Positions 1 to 10,859 of a stretch of 64,000 bases of DNA are shown piece by piece. The notes below the pieces were generated by a model, which saw only the letters and a list, made by a program, of their open reading frames with translations, did not search any database and was not told where the DNA came from. A program made the position numbers and the translations under genes. Numbering within the stretch: the first letter of the stretch is position 1; each line of letters opens with the position of its first letter. The DNA lies in assembly GCA_043228905.1 (NCBI GenBank), contig JBHGNT010000020.1:10292001-10356000 (forward strand). Reading direction: 5' to 3'. The DNA is from Azolla caroliniana. Its lineage: Eukaryota > Plantae > Polypodiophyta.

Positions 1-329
1 TTGATAAAGGTCATTGGTGGTAATTCCTTGATTGATATGGATGTTAAATGTGGTTGTATGGTTGAAGCTACATGACTTTTCAAGAGTTTTCTACTTAAAT
101 ATGGTGCAATATTCATTGTAATAGTGGACTGTTTTGTATATTGACTTCTTTAATACCAATGGAGGATATTTTTTTTGAAAAAAAAAAGCACCTTAATTCA
201 ACAAGTATAGGTAGGTTTAAAGTATTACACTATCATAACAAGAAAACATAGATCAAAACAACGGTACACATTGTACAAAACTGCATGAAAGCATGCTATG
301 CATAGAACTTTAAAATATTATTTAAGGGT

Positions 330-830
330 TAATTCATAATATACCCCTAAATCCATTATAAATTATTATTTGTCATATATGTGAACTCGGTCATTTATAG
401 GATTTGTTGGTTTCTTGCAAAAAACTATCCATAATGATTCTAAATTGACTAAGATTACTAATCTTTTACAAGGTTAGACATAAATTTGTTAAACAAAAAA
501 CTTGAAAAGTTTCAAGTCATTTATTTGAAGTCATTGGTTTAACATGTTTGTCTTGCTCTTACATTCATTCCACCAAACTTGTCAAAACCCTTTGAGGTTT
601 AAAATAACACCTTTGATTATGCCACTAGAGTTGCTCTTTGTGAAGATGGTAGACCTATTGCATTTTAAAGCAAAATTTTAGAATCTACTCAATATTGATA
701 TGTAGTTCAAGAAAAATTTTGGTGGCGGCCATCTACACCATCTACACATTAAAAACTTGGAGACTTTACCTATATAGAAATTAGTTTGTCATTACAAACG
801 ATGTTCGATCCTTGAAATATTTCTAAACTA
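330..830 (+). pseudogene. Degenerate Ty3/gypsy RT-RNase H fragment
   Basis: Translation near 570-810 gives PNLSKPFEV...DYATRVALCEDGRPIAF*SKILESTQY*YVVQE...LKTWRLYLY. This aligns by eye with the RNase H of the element at 30314-32296 ([47 protein letters not shown]...LKTWHHYLY). Stops and frameshifts are present. Confidence 0.8.
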
Positions 831-3800
831 GGGAGATATTGTTCTCTTAAGGAAGGCTTTTTGTAACATATTCCCAAATCATAGCCTCAATAATTTGATT
901 AACTCATTTAGTTTGTCCATGAGATTGAGAATGATTGAAAGAACTCATGTTTAGTTTTTAGTTTTATGAAGACTTGCATCCAAAATTTGCTAGTAAACTT
1001 AGGATCTCTATCATTCACAACATCCATCAGCAACCTTAAAAGCAAAATAACCAGTCAACCAATTGGTGAGCCAAATCTTGACTTGTTACCTTGCCTTTTG
1101 TGGTTGTTTTAATCAACTTATGAATAGGTTTATTGTGGGTCTTATTTATCCAACCCCAGATAACTTCGTAGTTGCACAAAAACAATGCATTATCTTTTAA
1201 TGCTTGTCTTCTAATGATGGTCGTGGAGAGTTCTATGATTGTTTTCCAAATACCGACTTTGGCTGCAACCAACCTAAGAGGCATGATACCACGAACTCAC
1301 CCACAAGTCTCTCAGCATAAGGTGGAGTGACCAAAGGGGTATGTCCCATGAGAAGACATTTGATGTTTTGCAAGCAATGGTCATCATACAGACTAGGAAT
1401 CAACAACGGTCCGGTTTCGACTTAACCGGTTTGGCCTAGTGCAAACCAAACCGATTAAGCCTCAACCAGTTTGGGAGCCGGTTTAACTCGGCTTGAGCCA
1501 CCGAAACTGAGGTTAAACCAGTTAAGGAAGTTGAAGCCTAAACTAAACCAAACCAAACTGCTAAACCATTTAACAGTTCAGTTTAGGCTTGAGTCAAGCC
1601 GGTGCCGATTCCTAATACGGACACAAATTTCCTTATTTAAACTAGGGTTGACATTATTATCAAGGTGGTATTTGGATAAGAAAAACAAAATAGGGGTTGA
1701 CTTGTTATTTGTGGTTACATCCAAAGAACTTGCAAGGGTATTACACTAGGAGATAACATTGGGCAAGATCTCAACATTCAGAACCAAGAGAAAGTGCACC
1801 TTATATACAAAAGAACTTTAGGATGTAGCTCAAGGAAAATTGACCCTCCCTCCTTAAAGCTAAATCTCCTTAAACTTCTTATTCCCATAATCCTTCACAC
1901 TAAGCCTACCATAACCTCTTCAATTTCATTTGATCCTTGTATCGTCATGAACTTGACTGGATGCATGAGTGCTAGTGGTTGAGGAATGCAAAGGTTGGTT
2001 GGTAATATTCTTGTGTGATTTCTTGGTGTTTTATTTGTTATGGTTAAATGTTTAAGTCTATTAAAATTGTCTTACTAAGTGTTGTCATTTAAGGTTAAAG
2101 TTAATTATAGTTATTTAGAGAATTCCCTAATGGACATTAGGTGGTTAGTTCATATGCTCAAAGATGGATTGACACCCATCCGTTGCTTGCATCACCAACA
2201 AGAGGGTGCATGTTTCCCTTATCTCGTCAACTATCTAACGTGGAAGAAAACCATTATTTAGTCACGCCTAACAATGTATCATAAATTACTTTTACCCCTT
2301 AGTACCCCTAACAATGTTCAAACCCTTGACCTTATTATATTAAGAGGTTAGATATTGCCACTTAAGTTATCTTTAGTTAATGATTCGATGTCCATCTCTT
2401 CTTGACTTCTCCAATTACTTATTTAACGAGAACCTTAGCCTATTATAAAACTTTGCTTTAGGCATTTTTCTCCCTTCGCACATGTAACATTATGATATCC
2501 ACCCCTACCAAACTTGCACATCCTATGAGGTGTGCCCAAAATGGCATGGAAAAGGAGTTGTCATGATGAGGAACATTATATCAACTACCTTCTCTTTATT
2601 CATATCCTACCTACTTAATATGACAAAATTATAAGGTTCACCCAAACCTAAGAGCCAATTCCCTTTAAATCAATAGATTAATTTTGATGAGGTGTACCTT
2701 TGAATTTATGTAGAGAATCCATGTCATTATAACAAAGGATAGTCTTCGTAACCTTACTACTTGGTTGTCGAGTGAGAGGTTGGATTCGACAATTTGGAAA
2801 GTTCCACTATATACAAGATTAGGATATTGAAGGATGTTATTAGCCTACAAATTATGATGAAGGCGATGAGATGCACCTTGACATTATTTTCGATATGTTA
2901 TCTAGTGTAAGGATATGGCATGGTTTCTTTGTTGGGGTACAATCAACAAAGTTGACTAAGTAGTTGCTTCAATGGCTAGGGACAACAAGTCATAGATGAC
3001 AGTGGATCAACTAGCAGAAAAGGGCAAGTAATTGTAGGTAGGGATGGTTTATTCTTCTTGTTAAGTTGCTATCTTGGACCATGGCCACTCTACCATAATC
3101 TCTCAATGATGTAATAACGAGTGACAATGTCCTTGGCATGGATGAAGAATATGGTAGCTCCTAGGAAATCATCATTGTCTCGTCTCCCCAAACTCAATTC
3201 AGGATAGGTGGTCTACAAGTGCATGATAGGTCTCTAGAATGTGGACAATGTCAAACTCAAATTATTACCAAGATCTACATCCAACACGCAAGCATTTAGT
3301 GTTAGAGTTTATTCATACTATAGATCAATCCTAATGCTTTGTGCTAGAGGTGGAACGAGTTTTCTCTACCTTTACGAGGTAGTGGTGTGTATAGAACATG
3401 TGTCAATACCACTTAGGGTCATACATCTACATCAACGTGTTGTTGGTCATCATGTTAGAGGCAGATTCAACAAATAAATGCAATCCCCAAATCAATTGGG
3501 ATGTTGTATGACCAAGGGTTGTGAGAGAAGCATCTTGAATGCTTGTAATTCCCCATCTTCAGTGCCTTTCTAGGCTACCTTGACCCTAAATCTTATCCAA
3601 CCAATAAGTTGGATTGAAATAAAAAATGTTGCGACATGTTGAGTTTTAGGTAAAACCTTGTACATAGGCACAATTCAAATGTGTCCAATAGGCTTGCAAA
3701 ACCATTAATTTCTAGACTGCCAAATGCATAGAGGACCTAGCACAATCGACAAGTTGCAACACAAACTACATGGAGGCTCAAAATTTGAGGATCATGGCCT

Positions 3801-5450
3801 CTAATTAATGGGTAATGATCACTGAACTTGAACATAAACTTACGTAGGAAAATCTTTGAGTGGCATATACAAAGATCAAGGACCTCGGATAGAGCAAACA
3901 AGACATTCATTGAGCACATTTGAACCTTGTTAATTGGTTCACAAAGGCATGGGATGAAGCATATCGCTATACGGCATGGGCAAGGACCACCCAATTGGTA
4001 TGCTCCATCGCACACTTGCATTTCATGTTCGATGATGTGACAAATCTTTTTGGAGTGGTACAAAAAATAGGAGGAAGAAGGTTGTTTGAGCAAGAACATA
4101 AACTAGTTGATGCCTTTGAGATGATCATCATCGATCTCCATGCATGATTGCTCTAGGAGCAACAAGAATCATCCCAAAACTAATTCAAAGCATGTTAGCA
4201 TGAGAGGGCCACACTGCCCTATCAAGTATTGAAGCAATATGGCAAGAATGAGCTCTAAGTGACAATATGGAACTTCACCTTCTTTGGGTGAATTGAGACA
4301 ATAGAATCCAACAACACTTGGAAGCTTACTTCTTGGACATCGAGGCAATTATAGAGATTCAGATGGATATCATGCAAGGATATGATAAGGGAAGTTCATC
4401 GTCTTGTGTCTAGGTGGAAGTACGACAACATTACAAAGCCTCATGTCCCATTTGAGGTTGTTTCTCCCCCTCCTTTGGAACTCAACAAAGCATGCATGGC
4501 TCCCCCAACCAACCAACTACTCATGATGAGGCCAACCCATTTCCATCATCATCATCCGCGCTAACAAACTAGTTGATACATATGCTCATCAAACGAGTCA
4601 AACGACAACAAGGTGCCTTGACCATTGTAAAACTCTTTCCTCACCTAACACTTGTCAAGGTTCATTCAGAAAATTTGTTGTCCCATGGGTATGTCATGTA
4701 TTGGGCATCCAATGGGTGTGAACATAATTGGGAGGCCATAGTGTAAAGGATATAGTACTTCATTTGAAATAAAGGCCCCTCAAATGAGAAGGGCATTGTT
4801 TTAAGGTTGCAAAGCAAAACTTGGTCAAATTTATCTAGCTTTGAAGCAAAGTGACAAGAGGATGACTTAGTGAACCAATACAACAACCATCTTCAAATGT
4901 AACACATAGATGTATTAAAGAGCTATAGTTATAAGCTTCAAATTCTATTATGTAAAAACATAACCGATGTAGAATGATCTAGAGCACCTTTTCCATTTGT
5001 TTCTATTTCATGTTATTGTTTCATTTCCACGTATGGGATTTAACAAAGAGTGAGAAAATTCATAATTGATATGCTAAACAAAGAGTTTGTCATTTAAACT
5101 CTTGACGAGGATCAATGTCAGAAATTTTAATATAGGATGGTCGGTGAACTGGTAAGTGATTTGTTATTGCTTAGAATGAAGCATAATTGAGCACGAGGAG
5201 AGGTAACAGTGTCAAGGTAGTAGTAAGTGATGCAAGGCGTACAACATGAGCCCTTAAGGTAGAAGAGGTTTGGGTTGATTGTTAAGCGAGGGAATATGTC
5301 CTTCAAGTAGAACAGTTATTGATGGGTAAAAAATTATTTGTGCAGGTACTAGGTAAGGGAGAGTTGTAAACATGACGACGAGAATAATGTGGGTGAAATT
5401 TTCTAACATGGACCCAAGGGGGTGGCCACATGCGTTAGGCAACACATGAA
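830..5450. mobile_element. Highly degenerate transposon-derived sequence, family unresolved
   Basis: Only short broken ORFs with no host-gene signature, adjacent to a gypsy remnant. Class not determinable by eye. Confidence 0.35.
1394..1614. mobile_element. Non-autonomous hAT-type element (MITE), 221 bp
   Basis: Imperfect TIRs TAGGAATCAACAACGG / CCGGTGCCGATTCCTA. 8-bp TSD ATACAGAC (1386-1393) / ATACGGAC (1615-1622). AACCG/CGGTT subterminal motifs. Confidence 0.85.
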
Positions 5451-5483
5451 TTCATAAATAGATTGACTGTGATACATTACTTG

Positions 5484-6290
5484 TTAGCAACAAGGATAAG
5501 CATGGTCTGATTCGAAAGCTTAAACTATAGCGGTAACATGATCATCAATACTACCGACCACACAGACATAGTATTAGTTAGCAATAAGGATAAGTATGGT
5601 CTGATTCGGAAGCTTAACCAACAACAATAACATGATCATCAATATTACCGACCACATAAATATAATATTAGTTAGCAACAATGATAAGTATGGTATGATT
5701 CAGAAGCTTAACCAACAACGATAACATGTTCATCAATACTAATGACCACACACATATAGAATTATACGATAAACATGATCTGATTCAGAAGCTCAACCTA
5801 TAACGATAACATGATCATCAATACTAACCAACCACAAAATATATATAGTATTAGTTAGCAACAACAATAAACATGATCTGATTCGGAAGCTTAACCAATT
5901 GCGATAACATGATCATCAATACTAACCAACCACAGAAATATAATATTAGTTAGTAGCAACGATAAACATTAGAAGCTTACCCATAAGCGATAACATGATC
6001 ATCAATACCAACCAACCACAAAAGTATAGTATTAGTTAGCAGCAACAATAAGCATGGTATGATTCATAAGCTTAAGCAACGATAAGCATGGTATGATTCA
6101 TAAGCTTAAGCAACGATAAGCATGGTCTGATTCATAAGCTTAACCAACAGGGATAACATGATCATCAATACTAACCAACCACTGAAATATATAGTATTAA
6201 TTAACCAACAATGATAAACATGATATGATTCGGGAAGCTTAGCTTAACCAACGGTGATAACATGATCATCAATACTAATCGACCATAGGC
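5484..6290. repeat. Tandem satellite, ~94-bp unit x ~8, with a 30-bp sub-repeat amplification at ~6045-6140
   Basis: Unit TTAGCAACAA.GATAAGCATGGTCTGATTC.GAAGCTTAACC...ATAACATGATCATCAATACTA..CGACCAC; starts at 5484, 5578, 5672 and onward. Confidence 0.92.
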
Positions 6291-6487
6291 ATACACATTA
6301 TGCGTTATACATACACGGTGCGAGCAACAACTTTTTAAGAGTAAAAATGAGAGTGAAATATAATAACAATTAACAACTCGCCATCTCTTTAATAATCACC
6401 TGAGCCTCTAATCTAAGAAGAAGATTACTCTTAATCTCATTCATTAAGAAAAGAAGGAAGAAATGATACATACATATAACTGAAGAA

Positions 6488-6504
6488 GAAAAACCCTAAG
6501 GCCT

Positions 6505-6548
<44 letters not shown>

Positions 6549-6600
6549 CAGAGAGTTTCTTCTGTTAGATACAAAAACCCTAGAAGAAAACCCTACTCTC
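6488..6600 (+). promoter_or_regulatory. Probable promoter/TSS region of the PPR gene: telo-box motifs and (CT)n element
   Basis: AAACCCTAA at ~6491, AAACCCTA at ~6575 and ~6588, and a (CT)~18 tract at 6510-6546, followed by pyrimidine-rich leader sequence. Confidence 0.55.
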
Positions 6601-7837
6601 TCTGCTTCCCCCCTCTCTGTCTCTGCTCAGACGCAGTGCGAAGGTCAGCCGATCCAATCCATCGATGGTTTCTTGTTCTTGTTCTTCTGTTATCATTTCT
6701 TCTTCCAGGTTGTCTCTCCCCTTCTACCTTTCTTTGTACTGGTTTTCTCTTCAAAATTTGTTTGCATTGTAGGAGTTTCTTCTCTCTGTGAGCCATTGGA
6801 TGTAGCTTCCTCGTACCGGGGATTGGAAGGCAATTTATTTTTATTTTTTTATGCATAATATCTGCTCGTTTGGATGGTCATCTCTTGTCTGGAGAGAGAT
6901 CTATGCTGAGAAATTCCGCAGGTTTGATGGTTTCCCCCCGTGTAAACTTCTAAGAGGATCATAGCAGAGAAGTGGGGACGTGAGAAGAAAGAGGTAAACC
7001 TAAAGTGCTGCAAAACATGAGGATTGATAATCTGTAGAGAGCTCACTGTAAGGAACTGATAAATTGAGGCTTTCTTATGCTATTCTGATAACTAGAGACA
7101 TATTTTTGTTGAAAACTCAGAATATGACCAGATTTCGTATAGTTTTTCCTGCTACGTGGAAAGAATTATGTGCTGAGAACAGGGGGAGGCAGCCGTTTTG
7201 ATGCCATTATATTACTTTTTAGTGGTTGAATGTTATCTGGTGGCATGTACATATGATGCGTCACTCCAACTAATATGGTGTTTATGTAAGCGCTGAGAAC
7301 TAAGAAATGGGCCAACGCTGTTGATATTTGATTGGGTTTTATTTAGTTTTCTGTTAATGTGGAGAGAAATATGTGTGTGAACTGGGGACTTAAGCCGTTT
7401 GGATGTTTCTCTGTCATCCAGAATGAGATATATTCATAAGTTTTGTTTTCTGAAATAAGATTTTCCGAAAACTTATAAATTGAGAACCATTTTGATGATT
7501 TATCTCTAATCTGGTAGCGGGAAGGGTGTTTATGATGAGAATTTGGGCCATTTGGATGGTTTTCTGCTATCTCCAGAGAGATCATTTCTGAAGATGAGAA
7601 TTTGAGCCTTCCCAATGGCTCTCTGTTAGTCTGGGAAGAGATCAGTGCCAAAAAATGGAGCCACTCTGATGGTTTTCTGTTATTCAGAAAAAGATCTCTA
7701 TACTATGTTTTAGCAGTGATGACAAAACCGGGTTGAAAAGCATGGAGGATGTCTGCAAATACTCAGAGAGAAGAAGGAAAAAGACACCATGAAGGTGGAA
7801 GAGTGGAGCTCTTTTCTCCACTTGAGATTCTTGAAGA

Positions 7838-9781
7838 ATGAGAAGAATGTCTATTTTGCTAAGTTTTGGAAAGGTTCGATGTTTGCATGTGGCATCTCTA
7901 ATACCACCTCGAAGAGAACTCCCTCCAGAGATAGAGAAGGTTTGCGCCATAGTTGGAAATCGTAACATTTCACTCCCTCTTGAAGATGCGTTGACACAAT
8001 CTCAGTTTTCTTTGGATTGTCATAGCCTCTCGCTTCTTTTGAGCAGAATTCCACACCCAAGAGAAGCTCTTCGTGTTTTTATATGGTCAATACGATGTAA
8101 TCCTGGCTTTGTCCCTGATGAGAATGTTATAGAAACTATCTTGCATGCTTGGAAGGATGAAAAGAAGAGAAGCTTAGAGTCCTTCATCACCATATTGGTA
8201 GGAGTACAGCAACCGTGTTTTGAGATGACACCAAAAGCTTTGACCATATTGATTCAAGGCTATGGATGGGCTGGACTCTTAGATTTGATTGTTGACATTC
8301 TCAAGAGAGCCAAGAATGCATTTGGTATCAATCCAAACGTGTGGCATTTCAGCTGTGCAATAAACTGTTTCCTCAAAGAAAATCGATTTGATTTGGCACG
8401 TGACATTCTTCAGGAAATGCAAGATGTTGGATGCCATGCAAACCAAGTGATGCTTGATACCTTGATCAAAGGTGCTCTTGCCGCAGGAGATATGGAAACT
8501 GCAAACTTGCTTTTCAAGAAAATGGCATCGATGAATGTTCTGCCAGGAAGGGCAACGTATAACATCTTAATTCATGGCTATTCTAAACTAGGAAGGTTAG
8601 ACCAAGCTTGGGAATTTAAGAAAGAAATGAGAAGGGAAGGCTTTCTACCTGACATGTATACATATACAGTTCTCATTAGAGCTCTTTGCAAGCAAGGAAA
8701 GATGCAAGCATCTATTGATTTGATGAAGGAGATGAGACTGAACAAGGTGGTTCCTGATGTAGTAACTTTCAATACTTTGGCCGTTGGATTCTGTGAGGCT
8801 AGTCTTATTGATGATGCTATCAAAGTTTTTGATTGCATGTCTAATATGGGTTGTCCCCCTGACCGAATCACCTACAATATTCTCATTGACGGGCTTTGCA
8901 AACATGACAGACTGTATGAAGCACAATGCCTCATGAATAAGCTCTTGGAAAATGATGCGCTAACTCCAAATATTGTCACATTTAGCTGCCTCTTGGATGG
9001 GCTTTTGAAACACAGGAAAGTGGCCGAAGCTTATGAACTTTTGAATAAAATGAAAGAGTATTGTGAAATCGATCGGTTCAATTACACAATGGTGCTTAAT
9101 GCATTATGCCAACAAAGTATGTGGGATGAGGCAGGGGAGGTTTTAAAGGAGATGAAGGAGAGAGGTTGTTCCCCAAACCATGTAACTTATAACACCTGGG
9201 TAAATGGTTGTTGCAAATCAGGAAAGCTGGCCATGGTGTTGGAATTTCTACGGTGTACAGAGAAAACTGGCTTTATACCCAATTCGGTCACTTGCAATAT
9301 ATTGATAGAATACCTTTGCAGTATTGGGGGAAAGCTAGACGCTGTCAAAATCGTTGAGGAGATGACTAAAAATGGATGTTCCCCTGATGTAGTGACAGTG
9401 AACACATTCATAAGTGCACTGGTAAAGGCGGGTAATCTTCATGAAGCTGAGAAAATTGTCCGCCAGATGTTTCAAATGGGTCTGACACCGAATGCCAAAT
9501 CACTTTGTCCTGTTGTTGATGGCCTATGCAAGATTGGTGAAGTGGATAAGGCTCTTGAATTAATAATTGAATTGGATAAAGTGGGATGCTCACTAGACAA
9601 GATAATCTACGAAACTGTTATGAAGGTGGTTTGTAAGACTAAGCAACTATCAAGTGCATTTCGTCTCATGGACAGCATGGAGAAACATGGATTTTCTCTT
9701 CGTGTTACTCTGGTACAGGATGCTATGCAATTCTTTATCCAAAGGAAAGAAGTGGATCTTAAGCCATTAGGTGTACGCTAA
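7838..9781 (+). CDS. P-class pentatricopeptide repeat protein, 647 aa, intronless, probably organelle-targeted
   Basis: About 12-13 tandem 35-aa PPR motifs (e.g. TYNILIHGYSKLGRLDQAWEFKKEMRREGFLPD, TYNILIDGLCKHDRLYEA). No E/DYW domain. Basic N-terminus MRRMSILLSFGKVRCLH resembles a mitochondrial presequence. Confidence 0.95.
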   Translation: MRRMSILLSFGKVRCLHVASLIPPRRELPPEIEKVCAIVGNRNISLPLEDALTQSQFSLDCHSLSLLLSRIPHPREALRVFIWSIRCNPGFVPDENVIETILHAWKDEKKRSLESFITILVGVQQPCFEMTPKALTILIQGYGWAGLLDLIVDILKRAKNAFGINPNVWHFSCAINCFLKENRFDLARDILQEMQDVGCHANQVMLDTLIKGALAAGDMETANLLFKKMASMNVLPGRATYNILIHGYSKLGRLDQAWEFKKEMRREGFLPDMYTYTVLIRALCKQGKMQASIDLMKEMRLNKVVPDVVTFNTLAVGFCEASLIDDAIKVFDCMSNMGCPPDRITYNILIDGLCKHDRLYEAQCLMNKLLENDALTPNIVTFSCLLDGLLKHRKVAEAYELLNKMKEYCEIDRFNYTMVLNALCQQSMWDEAGEVLKEMKERGCSPNHVTYNTWVNGCCKSGKLAMVLEFLRCTEKTGFIPNSVTCNILIEYLCSIGGKLDAVKIVEEMTKNGCSPDVVTVNTFISALVKAGNLHEAEKIVRQMFQMGLTPNAKSLCPVVDGLCKIGEVDKALELIIELDKVGCSLDKIIYETVMKVVCKTKQLSSAFRLMDSMEKHGFSLRVTLVQDAMQFFIQRKEVDLKPLGVR

Positions 9782-10150
9782 TGGGGAATGATGTGCTAAA
9801 GTATACGATTGCAGATGTTGGCTTACATTGCCCAGATATGCTGATTCAATGCAATTCTTTATCTAAAGGAGAGAAGTGGATCTTAAGCCAATAAGTGTAC
9901 AGTGACGATGATGTACTAAAGTATGTGATTGTAGATGTTGCCTTACATTGCTCAAGTATACCGGTGGGCCTCTATAAAAAAGTTTTGAGCTTTGTAACCA
10001 TTTTCCACAGTGAGCTTGTTTGGACTTTGGGGATGCCCACATATACCCATGGACCTCTATAAAACGTTGGTGCTCATCATGCCAAGTTTTGAACTTTGTA
10101 ACCAATCTCCACAATGATCCTTCTTTGCACTTTGGGAATGTATACAAATA
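9726..10150 (+). repeat. Two local tandem duplications at the PPR 3' end
   Basis: 9726-9843 is repeated at 9849-9964 (ATGCAATTCTTTATC.AAAGGA.AGAAGTGGATCTTAAGCCA...). About 9967-10045 is repeated at about 10051-10150 (CCTCTATAAAA...TTTGTAACCA...). Confidence 0.85.
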
Positions 10151-10859
10151 CTAAAAGATGTTAAAGGAGGCTTCAATAATGAAGGTTTTTGGTATCAAGT
10201 TACTTCTCAAAGGAGAAAATTATTGCTCCATCATCTCTTAGGTGATATAATATCTGGTACTTTCACAGCTTCGAGGCATGTTGTATCATTTTGAAATAAA
10301 CTCACTTGGATTTTATAAACCTTTTGTGCTTAGTTTGCCCATGGGCATTCTATATCATTGAGTTCTTAAATGGGTAAAAAGTAGTTTTTGCCTATGCTGT
10401 CATAGTTGAAACAATATATGGTACTTATGACTGACTGGAGATATAATGTATCATTCCCAAATAATCTGATTTGGGATTTTATCAATCGTTGTTACCACAA
10501 CTGGCCAAACAGGATTTTTGGCTTGCCCAACAATGGCAAAGTGTCAGTAAGGAATTTTAGCACACAACAGTGGGAGCTCCTGCACTGAGATGAAGAGGAT
10601 CTGTTGAGAAGCTTTAAGGGAGAAATCATTGTATCAGGCCAATGTAGAACTTTAAAAGGCTTATTCTTACCGTCTCTACAGCAACAGTTGAGGAACTTAT
10701 GGCAAGATAAACCCTAGGGGTGCTGTAAGACTAGCTGAGAACTATTATCAACTATTCCAACCCTACTTATAGGTGCGCAACTATTGTTGCGCTATACCAA
10801 CAAAGATTGGTTTTGAAAATTGACACCATAAAAGGAGTATGCACAAGTTTTTATTACCA

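Noticed and set aside
5484-6290. CRISPR-like array
   Set aside because: The sequences between conserved blocks are homologous to each other rather than unique spacers, there are no cas genes, and the context is eukaryotic.
7851-9593. Antisense ORFs overlapping the PPR gene
   Set aside because: Short shadow ORFs of a long coding sequence, without independent signals.
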